Assembly (NCBI GenBank): GCA_958477305.1
Contig: CAUEFI010000004.1
Span: forward strand, 114,770 to 178,769
DNA from: an uncultured Oscillospiraceae bacterium
Lineage (GTDB): Bacteria; Bacillota; Clostridia; Oscillospirales; Oscillospiraceae
Direction: 5' to 3'
DNA length: 64,000 nucleotides
The translations under genes and the position numbers were made by a program. Below are positions 34,507 to 44,632 of the stretch, piece by piece. How positions within the stretch are numbered: position 1 is the stretch's first letter; each line of letters opens with the position of its first letter. Below the pieces are notes generated by a model. It saw nothing but the letters and a program-made list of their open reading frames with translations. It did not search any database and was not told the DNA's origin.

Positions 34507-35236
34507 ACAGAAGCCTCCTCTCCGGCGTGTCCCGCCTTTTCCTCCAGCTTCTCGCGAAAAGCCAGGAGCAGGAGTACGATGACGCCCAGGGATACCAGCA
34601 GCAGCTTTTGTTGAGCTGCAGAGCCCAGAATTCCACCTACAATCAACAGAAAGACGGCAGTGACGGCCGCCCCGGCCAGAGCGGGGATGTGATTCCGGTA
34701 GGCCTTCCACTGGTCGACGGCGATGACCACAAATAGGGCGGTCATCGCAAAGTCAATGCCGGTGATGTCGATGGGGAGCAGGGCCCCGGCCACGCCGCCG
34801 ATGATGGAGCCCAGAACCCAATAGCTCTGATCCAGCAGTGCAATGGCAAAATAGAACTGTTTTGGATTGACGCCGACCGGGGCCTTAGCTGAGGCCAACA
34901 GGGCATAGGTTTCGTCGGTCAGGGAGAAGATCATATAGAGCTTTCGCATCCCCATACCCCGGAACTTCTCCAGCATGGACAGTCCGTAGACCAAGTGGCG
35001 GAAGTTGATGAGCAGCGTCATCACCGCCACGGTGCCCAGGGCCGCCCCAGTGCCCAGCAGAGTGACGCCCAGATACTGGCCGGATCCGGCATAGATGGTC
35101 AGGCTCATAAAGAAAGCCCAGATAAAATTGTAGCCGATTTCCTGCAGCATCAGCCCAAAGGCGATGCCGATGGCCAGATAGCCCATCAGCACGGGGACTG
35201 TGACGGGAAAGGCGGCAGAGAGTGCTTTGCGATCCA
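34500..35236 (-). CDS. azlC: AzlC-family branched-chain amino acid permease
   Basis: Polytopic AzlC-like sequence, placed upstream of azlD. Confidence 0.65.
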
Positions 35237-35418
35237 TTGGGTGACTCACATCCTTGTGTATACGGCTGTAATTCCACATTTTAACCGCTTTACCGTGGAA
35301 AAGCAACCCTGGCCGCCTAAATTCGTTTACAAAAGAGTGGTTGTTTTTTGGAAAAAAGTCTGTATAATATTATGATCTACCAAGGAAGCCTTGAAAGTAC
35401 ACAGATTGGGAGACGCTT

Positions 35419-36315
35419 ATGGAAAAGCTGCTTTTTATTTACAATACTCATGCCGGTAAGGGCTTGGCCCGCCTTCGGTTGGCCGATATGCAGGAGGCCT
35501 TTGCGGCAGCGGGCTGGACCATTACCGCTCACCCCACTCAGGGGGTCGGAGATGCCACCGAAACGGCGCAGCGGCTGGGAACAGAATATGATCGTATTGT
35601 CTGCAGCGGAGGCGACGGTACCCTCCATGAGGTAGTGGAGGGCCTGCTGAATCTGCCTGCCGGACAGCGCCCCCCGGTGGGCTATATACCCACTGGTACC
35701 ACCAACGATTTTGCCAAGAATCTGCGGCTTCCCCGCGGGGTTGCCGCCATGGCAGCCGCTGCGGCTTTTGGGGTGCCCCGGCCGGTGGATATCGGCCGTT
35801 TCAACGATAAATGCTTTGTCTATGTGGCAGCCTTCGGAGCCTTTACCGATGTATCCTATAACACACCTCAACAGTTCAAGAATCTATTTGGCCACCTGGC
35901 GTATCTTCTGGAGGCGGGAGCCCGCCTGGGGACCATTCAGTCCTATCCCCTGACAGTGGAACACGACGGCGGTGTGATTCAGGGAGAGTTTGCCTACGGG
36001 ATGGTATCCAACACCGTCTCGGTGGGGGGCTTCAAAGGGGGGCCTGAGCAGGCGGTAAAGCTGGACGACGGCCTTTTTGAGGTGGCTTTGGTCCGTCAGC
36101 CCAAGAACCCGATTCAGCTTCAGGCCATGCTGCGTGCCCTGCTTCAGGGGATCTCCGATCAGGAGGGCGGGGTTCTGTGGTTCCAGACCAGGCGGCTCAA
36201 GGTATCCTGTGAAGCCGAGCTGCCCTGGACGCTGGACGGGGAGTACGGGGGCTCCCCCAAAGACGCCGAGATTGTCAATGATACCCGGGCGGTGACCATT
36301 ATCTATGGCAAGTAA
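35419..36315 (+). CDS. DagK/YegS-family lipid kinase
   Basis: GGDGT motif in the diacylglycerol-kinase catalytic domain. Confidence 0.8.
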   Translation: MEKLLFIYNTHAGKGLARLRLADMQEAFAAAGWTITAHPTQGVGDATETAQRLGTEYDRIVCSGGDGTLHEVVEGLLNLPAGQRPPVGYIPTGTTNDFAKNLRLPRGVAAMAAAAAFGVPRPVDIGRFNDKCFVYVAAFGAFTDVSYNTPQQFKNLFGHLAYLLEAGARLGTIQSYPLTVEHDGGVIQGEFAYGMVSNTVSVGGFKGGPEQAVKLDDGLFEVALVRQPKNPIQLQAMLRALLQGISDQEGGVLWFQTRRLKVSCEAELPWTLDGEYGGSPKDAEIVNDTRAVTIIYGK

Positions 36316-37162
36316 GCGTACCCGCCGGGGCCGCCGGATTCTCCTGGCGGTCCTGCTTCTGTCTCTGGCTGGGGCTCTTTTCCTGTACGATCAGCAAAAC
36401 CGCATCCAGCCAGAGACGGTCGAAGCCTGTTCTCCGCGGCTTCCCGCGGCCTTTGACGGCTTCCGGGTGGTACAGATCTCCGACCTTCACGGAAAGATGT
36501 TTGGAGCGGACAACGAGCGGCTGTTGAACGCGGTGGCCGGGCTGGAGCCCGATCTCATCGCCATCACCGGAGATCTGGTTGACGATCCTGCCCAGCTTTC
36601 CATGATCCCCGCCCTGGCCCGGGCCCTGTCCGGCATCGCCCCCACCTATTATGTCACCGGCAACCACGAGTGGGCCATCCGGGAGGCCAGGACAGTCAAG
36701 GGCTTGCTGGAGCAGAACGGTGTGATCCCGCTTACCAACGAGTACACCCTGCTGGAGCGGGAGGGCGAGACCTTGGTCCTGGCCGGCATCGACGACCCCA
36801 ATGGTCCCTATGACCAGAAGTCTCCCCAGGAGCTGATGGAGGAGATCCGGGCTGAACAGGGGGATCCCTACATTCTCCTGCTGGCCCACCGGAATGAGTA
36901 TGTGGAGACCTATGCTGCCTGTGGAGCCGACCTCATCCTCTGCGGACACGTGCACGGCGGAATAATCCGCCTTCCTTTTACCGATGGACTGATTGACAAC
37001 ACAAGAAGACGGCTTTTTCCCTCCTACACGGCCGGACTCTATCCTCTGGACAGCGGCGGGGTACTGATGGTCTCGCGGGGGTTGGGCAACGGCACCGGCG
37101 TGCCCCGCCTTTTCAACCGCCCCCATCTGCCGGTCATTGTACTGCGCACTTCCCTCCAATAG
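36305..37162 (+). CDS. membrane-anchored metallophosphoesterase
   Basis: N-terminal TM helix, then DLHG, GDLVDD and GNHE motifs. Confidence 0.75.
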   Translation: MASKRTRRGRRILLAVLLLSLAGALFLYDQQNRIQPETVEACSPRLPAAFDGFRVVQISDLHGKMFGADNERLLNAVAGLEPDLIAITGDLVDDPAQLSMIPALARALSGIAPTYYVTGNHEWAIREARTVKGLLEQNGVIPLTNEYTLLEREGETLVLAGIDDPNGPYDQKSPQELMEEIRAEQGDPYILLLAHRNEYVETYAACGADLILCGHVHGGIIRLPFTDGLIDNTRRRLFPSYTAGLYPLDSGGVLMVSRGLGNGTGVPRLFNRPHLPVIVLRTSLQ

Positions 37163-37214
37163 GGACTGCCCGCCACCGGGGGGCCCGAACCCTCAGATTC
37201 TAGGAGCATCCGCT

Positions 37215-39023
37215 ATGGACTATTTTGCTGGACAATACGATATTGCCGTCATTGGCGCAGGCCACGCCGGTATTGAAGCGGCGCTGGCCGCCGCTCGGAT
37301 GGGAATGAAAACCCTGTGTTTTACCGTAAACCTGGACGCGGTGGGCAACATGCCCTGCAACCCGGCTATCGGGGGTACCGGTAAGGGCCACCTGGTGCGG
37401 GAACTGGACGCCCTTGGGGGGGAGATGGCCCGTGCGGCCGATGCAGCCTGTATTCAGTACCGGGTGCTCAACCGGGGAAAGGGCCCCGCTGTCTGGTCCC
37501 TCCGGGCCCAGGCCGACCGCCGCCGGTATCAGGAGATTATGAAACATACCCTGGAGCGTCAGGAGAACCTGTGGATCAAACAGGCCGAGGTGGTGGAGAT
37601 CCGCACAGAGGGAGGCGCTGTCTCAGCCGTTCGGACGGCGGCCGGCGCTCTCTATGCCGTGCGGGCTGCCATCGTGGCAACAGGAACCTATCTGGGCGGA
37701 CGCACCATTGTAGGAGACGTTACGCGCCAGAGCGGGCCGGACGGCCTCTCGGCCGCCTTGCCCCTCACCGAAAGCCTGACCGCCCTGGGGCTCAGCATCC
37801 GCCGTTTCAAGACGGGCACTCCCCCGCGGGTCAACGCCCGCAGCGTGGACTTTTCCAAGATGGAGATCCAGGAGGGGGATGCGGATGCGCTTCCCTTTTC
37901 CTTTGAGACCGAACGGGTCCCTGAAAACCGGGCGGTGTGCTGGCTCACCTACACCAACGCCGCCACCCACGACATCATCCGTAAAAACCTCCATCGCTCC
38001 CCCCTCTTTTCCGGAGTCATTGAGGGGATAGGGCCCCGGTACTGCCCCTCCATCGAGGACAAGGTGGTCCGGTTCGCCGACAAGGAACGGCACCAGCTAT
38101 TTGTAGAGCCCATGGGGCTGAATACCGAGGAGCTCTATATCCAGGGCTTTTCCTCCTCTCTCCCTGAGGACGTGCAGGTGGAAATGCTTCACACGATTCC
38201 CGGCTTGGAGCAGGCCGAGATGACCCGCTGCGCCTATGCGATCGAATACGACTGCGCCGACCCCACACAGCTTCTCCCCACGCTGGAGTGCAAAGCCGTC
38301 CCCGGCCTCTACGGAGCCGGGCAGTTCAACGGATCCTCAGGCTATGAGGAGGCTGCCGTCCAGGGCTTTGTGGCCGGCGTGAACGCGGCTTTGAAGCTCC
38401 AGGGCAGGGCGCCCCTGATCCTGAGACGGGATCAGGGATATATCGGGGTTCTCATTGACGATCTGGTGACCAAGGGTACCAATGAACCCTACCGCATGAT
38501 GACTTCCCGCACGGAATACCGGCTTCTCTGCCGCCAGGACAACGCCGACCGGCGGCTGTGCCCTGTGGGACACGAGATCGGGCTGGTCAGCGGCGAGCGG
38601 TATGTCCGGGTACAGGAGAAATACGCCGCTGTGGATCGGGAAATCCGCCGCCTGGAGCACACGGGCACGGCGGAGGGAAGGCTGGTCGATCTGCTGCGCC
38701 GTCCGGAGAACACCTACGAAAGTCTGGCCGGGGTGGATCCGGGGCGGCCGGCGTTGTCCCGCGCGGTCACCGAGGCGGTGGAGATTGCCGTCAAATACCA
38801 GGGGTACATCGACCGGCAGCTCCGGCAGGTGGAGGAGATGCGCAAGCTGGAGCGCCATCCCCTTCCCGCCGATATGAACTACGCCGCGCTGCAGGGGCTG
38901 CGCCTGGAGGCCAGGCAGAAGCTGGAGCAGATCCGTCCGCTCAACCTGGGACAGGCCAGCCGGATCTCGGGTGTGAGCCCCGCCGACGTGGCCGCGTTGA
39001 TGATCTATCTGGAGCGGGGATAA
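37215..39023 (+). CDS. mnmG: tRNA uridine-5-carboxymethylaminomethyl modification enzyme MnmG (GidA)
   Basis: FAD-binding [19 protein letters not shown] at the N-terminus, collinear with MnmG. ATG 37215 follows an AGGAG RBS. Confidence 0.9.
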   Translation: MDYFAGQYDIAVIGAGHAGIEAALAAARMGMKTLCFTVNLDAVGNMPCNPAIGGTGKGHLVRELDALGGEMARAADAACIQYRVLNRGKGPAVWSLRAQADRRRYQEIMKHTLERQENLWIKQAEVVEIRTEGGAVSAVRTAAGALYAVRAAIVATGTYLGGRTIVGDVTRQSGPDGLSAALPLTESLTALGLSIRRFKTGTPPRVNARSVDFSKMEIQEGDADALPFSFETERVPENRAVCWLTYTNAATHDIIRKNLHRSPLFSGVIEGIGPRYCPSIEDKVVRFADKERHQLFVEPMGLNTEELYIQGFSSSLPEDVQVEMLHTIPGLEQAEMTRCAYAIEYDCADPTQLLPTLECKAVPGLYGAGQFNGSSGYEEAAVQGFVAGVNAALKLQGRAPLILRRDQGYIGVLIDDLVTKGTNEPYRMMTSRTEYRLLCRQDNADRRLCPVGHEIGLVSGERYVRVQEKYAAVDREIRRLEHTGTAEGRLVDLLRRPENTYESLAGVDPGRPALSRAVTEAVEIAVKYQGYIDRQLRQVEEMRKLERHPLPADMNYAALQGLRLEARQKLEQIRPLNLGQASRISGVSPADVAALMIYLERG

Positions 39024-39090
39024 AGGCTTCGCTGGGGGAAGAGTTGAGGATGCGCGGGGACGTTACCCTACTCTGAAAGGAGATACACGG

Positions 39091-40092
39091 ATGAAAAAGG
39101 TTGTCCTCGGCCTCTCCGGCGGAGTGGATTCCGCCGTGGCTGCCCGCCTCTTGATGCGGGACTATGAGGTCCACTGTCTATACTTGGACATTGGCCTGGG
39201 CGGGAGCGGGGCGGCGGACGCCGCCGCGGTGGCGGGGTCGCTGGGGCTGCCCTTTGCAATCGCGGATATCCGTACCCAGCTGGAGAAGCAGGTCTGCGCC
39301 CATTTTGCGGCCGAATATCTGGCTGGACGGACACCGCTGCCCTGCGCCAGGTGCAACCGGCTGGTAAAATTTCCTGCCCTGCTGGAGGCGGCCGACCGCC
39401 TTGGAGCGGAGTATGTGGCAACAGGACACTATGCCCGGGCAGAGGGCGGCGTTCTCAAAAAGGGGATGTCCCACAATGATCAGTCCTATATGCTGGCACG
39501 GCTGACCAAGTTACAATTACAGCGCGTTATTTTTCCGCTGGGAGATTACGAAAAGCCCCAGATCCGGGCGTTGGCGGAGGACTTTGGAATCCCGGTGGCC
39601 CACAAGCCGGACAGCATGGAGATCTGCTTTATTCCCGATGGAGACTACACCGCCTGGCTCGCCCGCCGGGGAGAGGTCCCGCCGCCCGGCGACTTTGTGT
39701 CCCCTGACGGCGCTGTGCTGGGGCGCCACCGGGGCTATCACTGCTATACGCTTGGCCAGGGGCGGGGGCTGGGAGTGTCCGGCCCCCACCGCTACTTTGT
39801 CTCTGCCATCAGGCCTGAGACAAACCAGGTGGTACTCTCCGACGGGGCCGATCTGGGCCGTACTGTCGTACGCTGTACCAATCCTAATTGGATTGGGGTG
39901 AGCAGCCTTGCAGCCCCTATGGAGGTCACGGTCCGGCTTCGGCATTCCCGCACGGAGGCACCGGCAGTTATTGTCCCGTACGGAGCCGGGGCGGAGATTC
40001 AGATGAGGGAGCCCGCCCGGGCCCCTACGCCGGGCCAGCTGGCCGTCTTTTATGACGGAGATGTGGTGGTAGGAAGCGGTTGGATTTTGTAA
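39091..40092 (+). CDS. mnmA: tRNA-specific 2-thiouridylase MnmA
   Basis: PP-loop SGGVDSAV. Confidence 0.9.
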   Translation: MKKVVLGLSGGVDSAVAARLLMRDYEVHCLYLDIGLGGSGAADAAAVAGSLGLPFAIADIRTQLEKQVCAHFAAEYLAGRTPLPCARCNRLVKFPALLEAADRLGAEYVATGHYARAEGGVLKKGMSHNDQSYMLARLTKLQLQRVIFPLGDYEKPQIRALAEDFGIPVAHKPDSMEICFIPDGDYTAWLARRGEVPPPGDFVSPDGAVLGRHRGYHCYTLGQGRGLGVSGPHRYFVSAIRPETNQVVLSDGADLGRTVVRCTNPNWIGVSSLAAPMEVTVRLRHSRTEAPAVIVPYGAGAEIQMREPARAPTPGQLAVFYDGDVVVGSGWIL

Positions 40093-40096
40093 AAAT

Positions 40097-40139
40097 AACG
40101 GAATGTATTTTACTGTAGGTAAAATACATTCCGTTTTTG
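40097..40139. terminator. bidirectional terminator (16-bp stem ACGGAATGTATTTTAC/GTAAAATACATTCCGT)
   Basis: A perfect hairpin followed by ttttgc. Confidence 0.7.
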
Positions 40140-40158
40140 CTTGCCGGACAGGCGAATT

Positions 40159-41409
40159 TTACGCCACTGGAAGACCGGTAAGATAACGTCGAACCATATC
40201 AAGTGCATAGCTGGAGGCCGCAGTGCGCACACGCTCCCGGTCGCTGCCCAGCTTGAGTGTTCGAACCCAGACCCCGTCGGAGGCGGCCAGGGACACATAG
40301 ACCAGCCCCACTGGGTTGCCCCGATCGTCGGGGTCGGGCCCCGCCACGCCAGTGGCGGCGACGGCAATGTCGCAGCCCAAAACCCGGAGAGCCCCTTCGG
40401 CCATCGCTCGGGCTACCTCCGGAGAGACTGCGCCGAACTGGTCCAGCATTTCCTGGGAAACACCCAGGACGCGCCGCTTTACCTCGTTGGTATAGCTGAC
40501 CACACCGCCCCGGAACACGGCCGAGGCTCCCGGCAGATCGGTGAGACGCTTGGCAATGAGGCCGCCGGTACAGCTCTCGGCGGTGCCCAGGGTAAGGGAG
40601 CGCTCCTTCAGCAGGGGGAGGACCACCTCCTCCAGAGAGGTGACGTCGGCCCCGTAGACGAGGGGGCCGAGATCGGCGCGCAGTTCGTCCTCCACAGGTG
40701 CGATGAGAGCGCGGGCGGCAGTCTCGTCGGCGGCCTTGGCGGTGATGCGTAGCTCAACCTCTCCCTCTTTGGCGTAGGGGGCCAGGGTGGGATTCTCCAT
40801 GGCGTTCATAGCGTCGCGGAGCCTGGATTCCAGGGCGGACTCTCCGATGCCGAAGATGCGCAGGGTGCGGGAGAGGATGTACCCCTCGGACAGCCGCTTC
40901 AGATAGGGGACGGCCCGGTGCTCAAACATGGCCCGGCACTCCCTGGGGGGGCCGGGGAGCATGACGACATGGATGCCGCCGGCCTCGAAAGCCACGCCGG
41001 GGGCGGTGCCCCAGTCGTTGTCCAGGACGGTACAGCCCTCGGGCAGCATGGCCTGCTGGAGGTTGTTGCCGGTCATCTCGCGGCCCAGACGCTGAAAATA
41101 GCTCCGGATCCGCCGGGCTGAGGGTTCGTGGAAGACCAGCTGTTTACCAAAGGCCTCGGCCAGGACATTTTTGGTCAGATCGTCACAGGTGGGGCCCAGA
41201 CCGCCTGTGGTGATGAGGATGTCGGCTCTGCTTTTTGCCAGCTCCACCGCCGTGCGAAGCCGCTGGGGGTTGTCTCCCACCACCGTGTGGTAGTAGACGT
41301 TGATGCCCAGGGCGGAGAGCCCTTTGGAGAGCATCTGGGCGTCCGTGTTGGCGATGTTGCCCAATAGCAGTTCGGTGCCGACTGCAATCAGTTCCGCTGT
41401 GTGGGACAT
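40159..41409 (-). CDS. cinA: competence/damage-inducible protein CinA (MoCF-binding plus PncC-like domains)
   Basis: IAVGTELLLG ... TTGGLGPTCDDLT. Confidence 0.85.
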   Translation of the reverse strand: MSHTAELIAVGTELLLGNIANTDAQMLSKGLSALGINVYYHTVVGDNPQRLRTAVELAKSRADILITTGGLGPTCDDLTKNVLAEAFGKQLVFHEPSARRIRSYFQRLGREMTGNNLQQAMLPEGCTVLDNDWGTAPGVAFEAGGIHVVMLPGPPRECRAMFEHRAVPYLKRLSEGYILSRTLRIFGIGESALESRLRDAMNAMENPTLAPYAKEGEVELRITAKAADETAARALIAPVEDELRADLGPLVYGADVTSLEEVVLPLLKERSLTLGTAESCTGGLIAKRLTDLPGASAVFRGGVVSYTNEVKRRVLGVSQEMLDQFGAVSPEVARAMAEGALRVLGCDIAVAATGVAGPDPDDRGNPVGLVYVSLAASDGVWVRTLKLGSDRERVRTAASSYALDMVRRYLTGLPVA

Positions 41410-41462
41410 GGGTGATGCACTTCCCTTGTTGAAATGGCGGCGCCCGCCGCAGGGGGATGGGA

Positions 41463-42629
41463 TTATACCCGGATGCGCTCGATGCCGTCCACGGCGGCCT
41501 GAACCATGGCGTCGATATCCAGGGCGGCTTCTGCGTGCTCCAGCTCGCCCAGGACGGGCCGCAGCCGGGGGTGCTTGGGGGTAAAGACGGTGCAGCAGTC
41601 CTCGTAGGGCAGGATAGAGGTCTCGAAGGTACCGATTTTCCGGGCAATCTGGACGATCTCCTCCTTATCCATCCCCACCACGGGCCGGAGAATGGGCAGG
41701 CTGCACACTGCGCCGGTGCAGCGCATGGCCTCCATGGTCTGGCTGGCCACCTGGCCCAGGCACTCGCCGGTGACGATGGCCCCGGCGCCCGTGCGCCCGG
41801 CCACCTGTTCAGCAATGCGCATCATAAAGCGCCGCATGAGGATGGTGAAGAGCTCCTCAGGGCACTTGCGGCGCAGCTCCTCCTGGATAGCGGTAAAGGG
41901 GACCACGTGGACTACCAGCCTGCCGCACCAGGGGGTCAGAAGACCGGCCAGATCCAGCACCTTCTGCTTGGCCTCCTCCGAGGTATAGGGGTAGGAGAAA
42001 AAGTGGACCATCTCCAGGGCCAGGCCCCGCTTGGCCATCATCCAGGAGGCTACTGGAGAGTCGATGCCGCCGGAGAGCAGGCTCACCGCACGGCCGTTGA
42101 CGCCTACGGGGAGGCCGCCCGCGCCGGGTTCCGGATCCGCGTGGACATAGGCGGCATTCTCTCGTACCTCCAGATGGACGGTGAGCTCGGGGTGGTGGAC
42201 GTCCACCTTCAGATTGGGATATAGGTCGTCCAGCTCGCCGCCCACATATTGGGAGAGCTGAATGGAAGTCATGGGGAAGGCCTTGTCGGCCCGCTTGGAC
42301 TCCACTTTAAAGGTCCGGGCGGCGCGCAGCCTGTCGCCGAGATACGCGGTTACAGTCTCCAGCATGGCGTCCTTGTCCTTGGCGCAGGCCCTGGCCCGGG
42401 ACAGCCCCACCACGCCGAAGAGGCGCTTCATGGCCGCGTAGGCCCCGTCCATGTCACAGCCGCCGTCTTTCGGCTCCACGTACATGGTGGACTGCCTGCA
42501 GTATACCCTGAAGTCGCCATGGGACTTCAGGCGGCGCTGGGCATTGCTGACGAGCCGATCTTCAAAGGTCCGCCGGTTGAGCCCTTTGAGCACCAGCTCG
42601 CCCAGCTTCAAGAGAATTATTTCTTCCAT
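41463..42629 (-). CDS. thiI: tRNA 4-thiouridine synthase ThiI (THUMP plus PP-loop)
   Basis: SGGIDSPVA PP-loop. Confidence 0.85.
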   Translation of the reverse strand: MEEIILLKLGELVLKGLNRRTFEDRLVSNAQRRLKSHGDFRVYCRQSTMYVEPKDGGCDMDGAYAAMKRLFGVVGLSRARACAKDKDAMLETVTAYLGDRLRAARTFKVESKRADKAFPMTSIQLSQYVGGELDDLYPNLKVDVHHPELTVHLEVRENAAYVHADPEPGAGGLPVGVNGRAVSLLSGGIDSPVASWMMAKRGLALEMVHFFSYPYTSEEAKQKVLDLAGLLTPWCGRLVVHVVPFTAIQEELRRKCPEELFTILMRRFMMRIAEQVAGRTGAGAIVTGECLGQVASQTMEAMRCTGAVCSLPILRPVVGMDKEEIVQIARKIGTFETSILPYEDCCTVFTPKHPRLRPVLGELEHAEAALDIDAMVQAAVDGIERIRV

Positions 42630-42711
42630 ATCGTTCTATCATTCCTTCCCGCGCAGAAATCATGCGCGCTGTTGTCGGCAGATGGAAGCAGGAGATTCGC
42701 TGTCTCTGGGC

Positions 42712-44256
42712 TCAGCGCCTCAGATACTTACTGGCGCGGTATTGGATGGCCTCGGCCAGGTGGGGGATTTCGATACGCTCGGATCCCTCCAGGTCGGCGA
42801 TGGTGCGCGCCACCCGCAGGATGCGGTCGTAGCTGCGGGCGGTGAGTCCCATGCGCTCGTAGGCCCCTTTCATCACGGCCTGACAGCCCTCGTCCAGAGT
42901 GCAGCAGCGCTGGAGCTCAGCGGGGCCCATATGGGCGTTGCAGTCCGGTCCGTCCGGGCCGAAGCGGCGGAGCTGGAGCGCCCGGGCGGCATTCACCCGG
43001 CGCTTGATGTCGGCAGAGGATTCGGCGGCCTCCGGCTTTCGGGAGAGCTCCTCAAATTCCAGCGGCGGAACTTCTGTATAGAGGTCAATCCGGTCCAGCA
43101 GGGGGCCGGAGAGTTTCCCCAGGTACCTCTCAACCTCGCCGGGAGAACAGCGGCACCGGCCGGAGGGGTGGCCGTACCAGCCGCATTTGCAGGGATTCAT
43201 GGCGCACACCAGCATAAAGCGGGCCGGAAAAGTCTCGCTCCCCGCCGAGCGGGTGATGCGGACCTGTCTCTCCTCCAGAGGCTGACGCAGGGCCTCCAGC
43301 ACATCCTTGTGAAACTCAGGGAGCTCGTCCAGAAAGAGAACGCCGTTGTGGGCCAGGGAGATCTCGCCGGGCCGGGGAAACGGAGCGCCGCCGCCGGAGA
43401 GGCCGGCGGCCGAGATGCTGTGGTGGGGGGAGCGGAAGGGCCGCTCTGTCAGCAGCGGGCGGTCCTTGGAGGTGAGGCCCATCACAGAGTGGACCTCGGT
43501 ACACTCCAGAGCTTCGCGCCGCGTCATATCGGGGAGGATGGAGGGGAGACGCCGTGCCAGCATGGATTTGCCTGACCCCGGGGGCCCCACCATCGCGATG
43601 TTGTGTCCCCCTGCCGCAGCGATTTCCAGGGCCCGCTTGACGGACTCCTGGCCCTTTACATCGGCAAAATCGGGGGCAGGCCCGGCCGGCTGCCCGCCCA
43701 TCCAGGGGGACGCGGGATGGATAGGACACTCACCCCGCAGGTGAGCGGCGAGCTGCGCTACGCTCTCCACAGGGTATATCTCCACGCCGCCGGCCAGGGT
43801 GGCCTCTGCCGCCGAGTCGGCGGGCACATACAGAGAGTGGATACCGGCCCTCTGAGCAGCCAGAGCCATGGGGAGCATACCGGCCACGGGCCGGAGCTGC
43901 CCCGACAGAGAGAGCTCTCCGACAAAGGCCGCGTTAGGGGGCGGGGCGCTGAGCTGTCCCCCGGCCGCCAGGATACCGACCAAAATGGGGAGATCGTACA
44001 CCGTGCCCCCTTTTTTTCGGTCGGCGGGAGCCAGATTTACTGTAATGCGGGAGACTGGAAAGGTGAAGCCGCAGTTTTTCACTGCGGCCCGAACCCGATC
44101 CCGCGCCTCCTTGACCGCCGCATCAGGCAGTCCCACAATATCAAAGTTGGGCAGGCCTCCCGACAAGTCGCACTCGGCGGTGACCTCATACCCAGTAACC
44201 CCGCGGATCCCCAGAGAGCGTATCTTGCAGAACAAGTCCGCCCCTCCTCTCATCAC
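42712..44256 (-). CDS. comM: YifB/ComM-family Mg-chelatase-like AAA+ ATPase
   Basis: IVGLPDAAVKE at the N-terminus, GPPGSGKS Walker A, and a C-terminal ChlI-like region. Confidence 0.85.
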   Translation of the reverse strand: MMRGGADLFCKIRSLGIRGVTGYEVTAECDLSGGLPNFDIVGLPDAAVKEARDRVRAAVKNCGFTFPVSRITVNLAPADRKKGGTVYDLPILVGILAAGGQLSAPPPNAAFVGELSLSGQLRPVAGMLPMALAAQRAGIHSLYVPADSAAEATLAGGVEIYPVESVAQLAAHLRGECPIHPASPWMGGQPAGPAPDFADVKGQESVKRALEIAAAGGHNIAMVGPPGSGKSMLARRLPSILPDMTRREALECTEVHSVMGLTSKDRPLLTERPFRSPHHSISAAGLSGGGAPFPRPGEISLAHNGVLFLDELPEFHKDVLEALRQPLEERQVRITRSAGSETFPARFMLVCAMNPCKCGWYGHPSGRCRCSPGEVERYLGKLSGPLLDRIDLYTEVPPLEFEELSRKPEAAESSADIKRRVNAARALQLRRFGPDGPDCNAHMGPAELQRCCTLDEGCQAVMKGAYERMGLTARSYDRILRVARTIADLEGSERIEIPHLAEAIQYRASKYLRR

Positions 44257-44473
44257 ATCAGATGTGCCGTCTGATTTTATTTATTATAACATAAAAGGAA
44301 ACCGGTGGAAACCATTTTCCAAAGGCTTAATCTATACGAATTGTTATCGACAGATGTTGGATTGACAAATAGTAAACTCGTCATTATAAACGGGCAATTT
44401 TCTTCTTTTGGTAGGGCAGTTCGCCTGGAATTTATGCCTTTTTGCCAAATTTTCCTTTGGTAGTAAGATTTGA

Positions 44474-44502
44474 TTTACAAACAAAAAGGCAAGTGATAGA
44501 AT
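44474..44502 (+). promoter_or_regulatory. promoter of PFOR gene (-35 TTTACA, N17, extended -10 TGaTAGAAT)
   Basis: tttacaaacaaaaaggcaagtgatagaat. Confidence 0.45.
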
Positions 44503-44632
44503 GTAGAAACCACAAAAGGTATGCCCTTTCGCAACAGCCTGTGGAGGCCTGGCGGGTGCTTGGCGCGGGAGAGAGTGAGCTTGCCGCCGTCACCCCCCAG
44601 CGTTCACGGTATTATAACAAGGAGGAATCATA

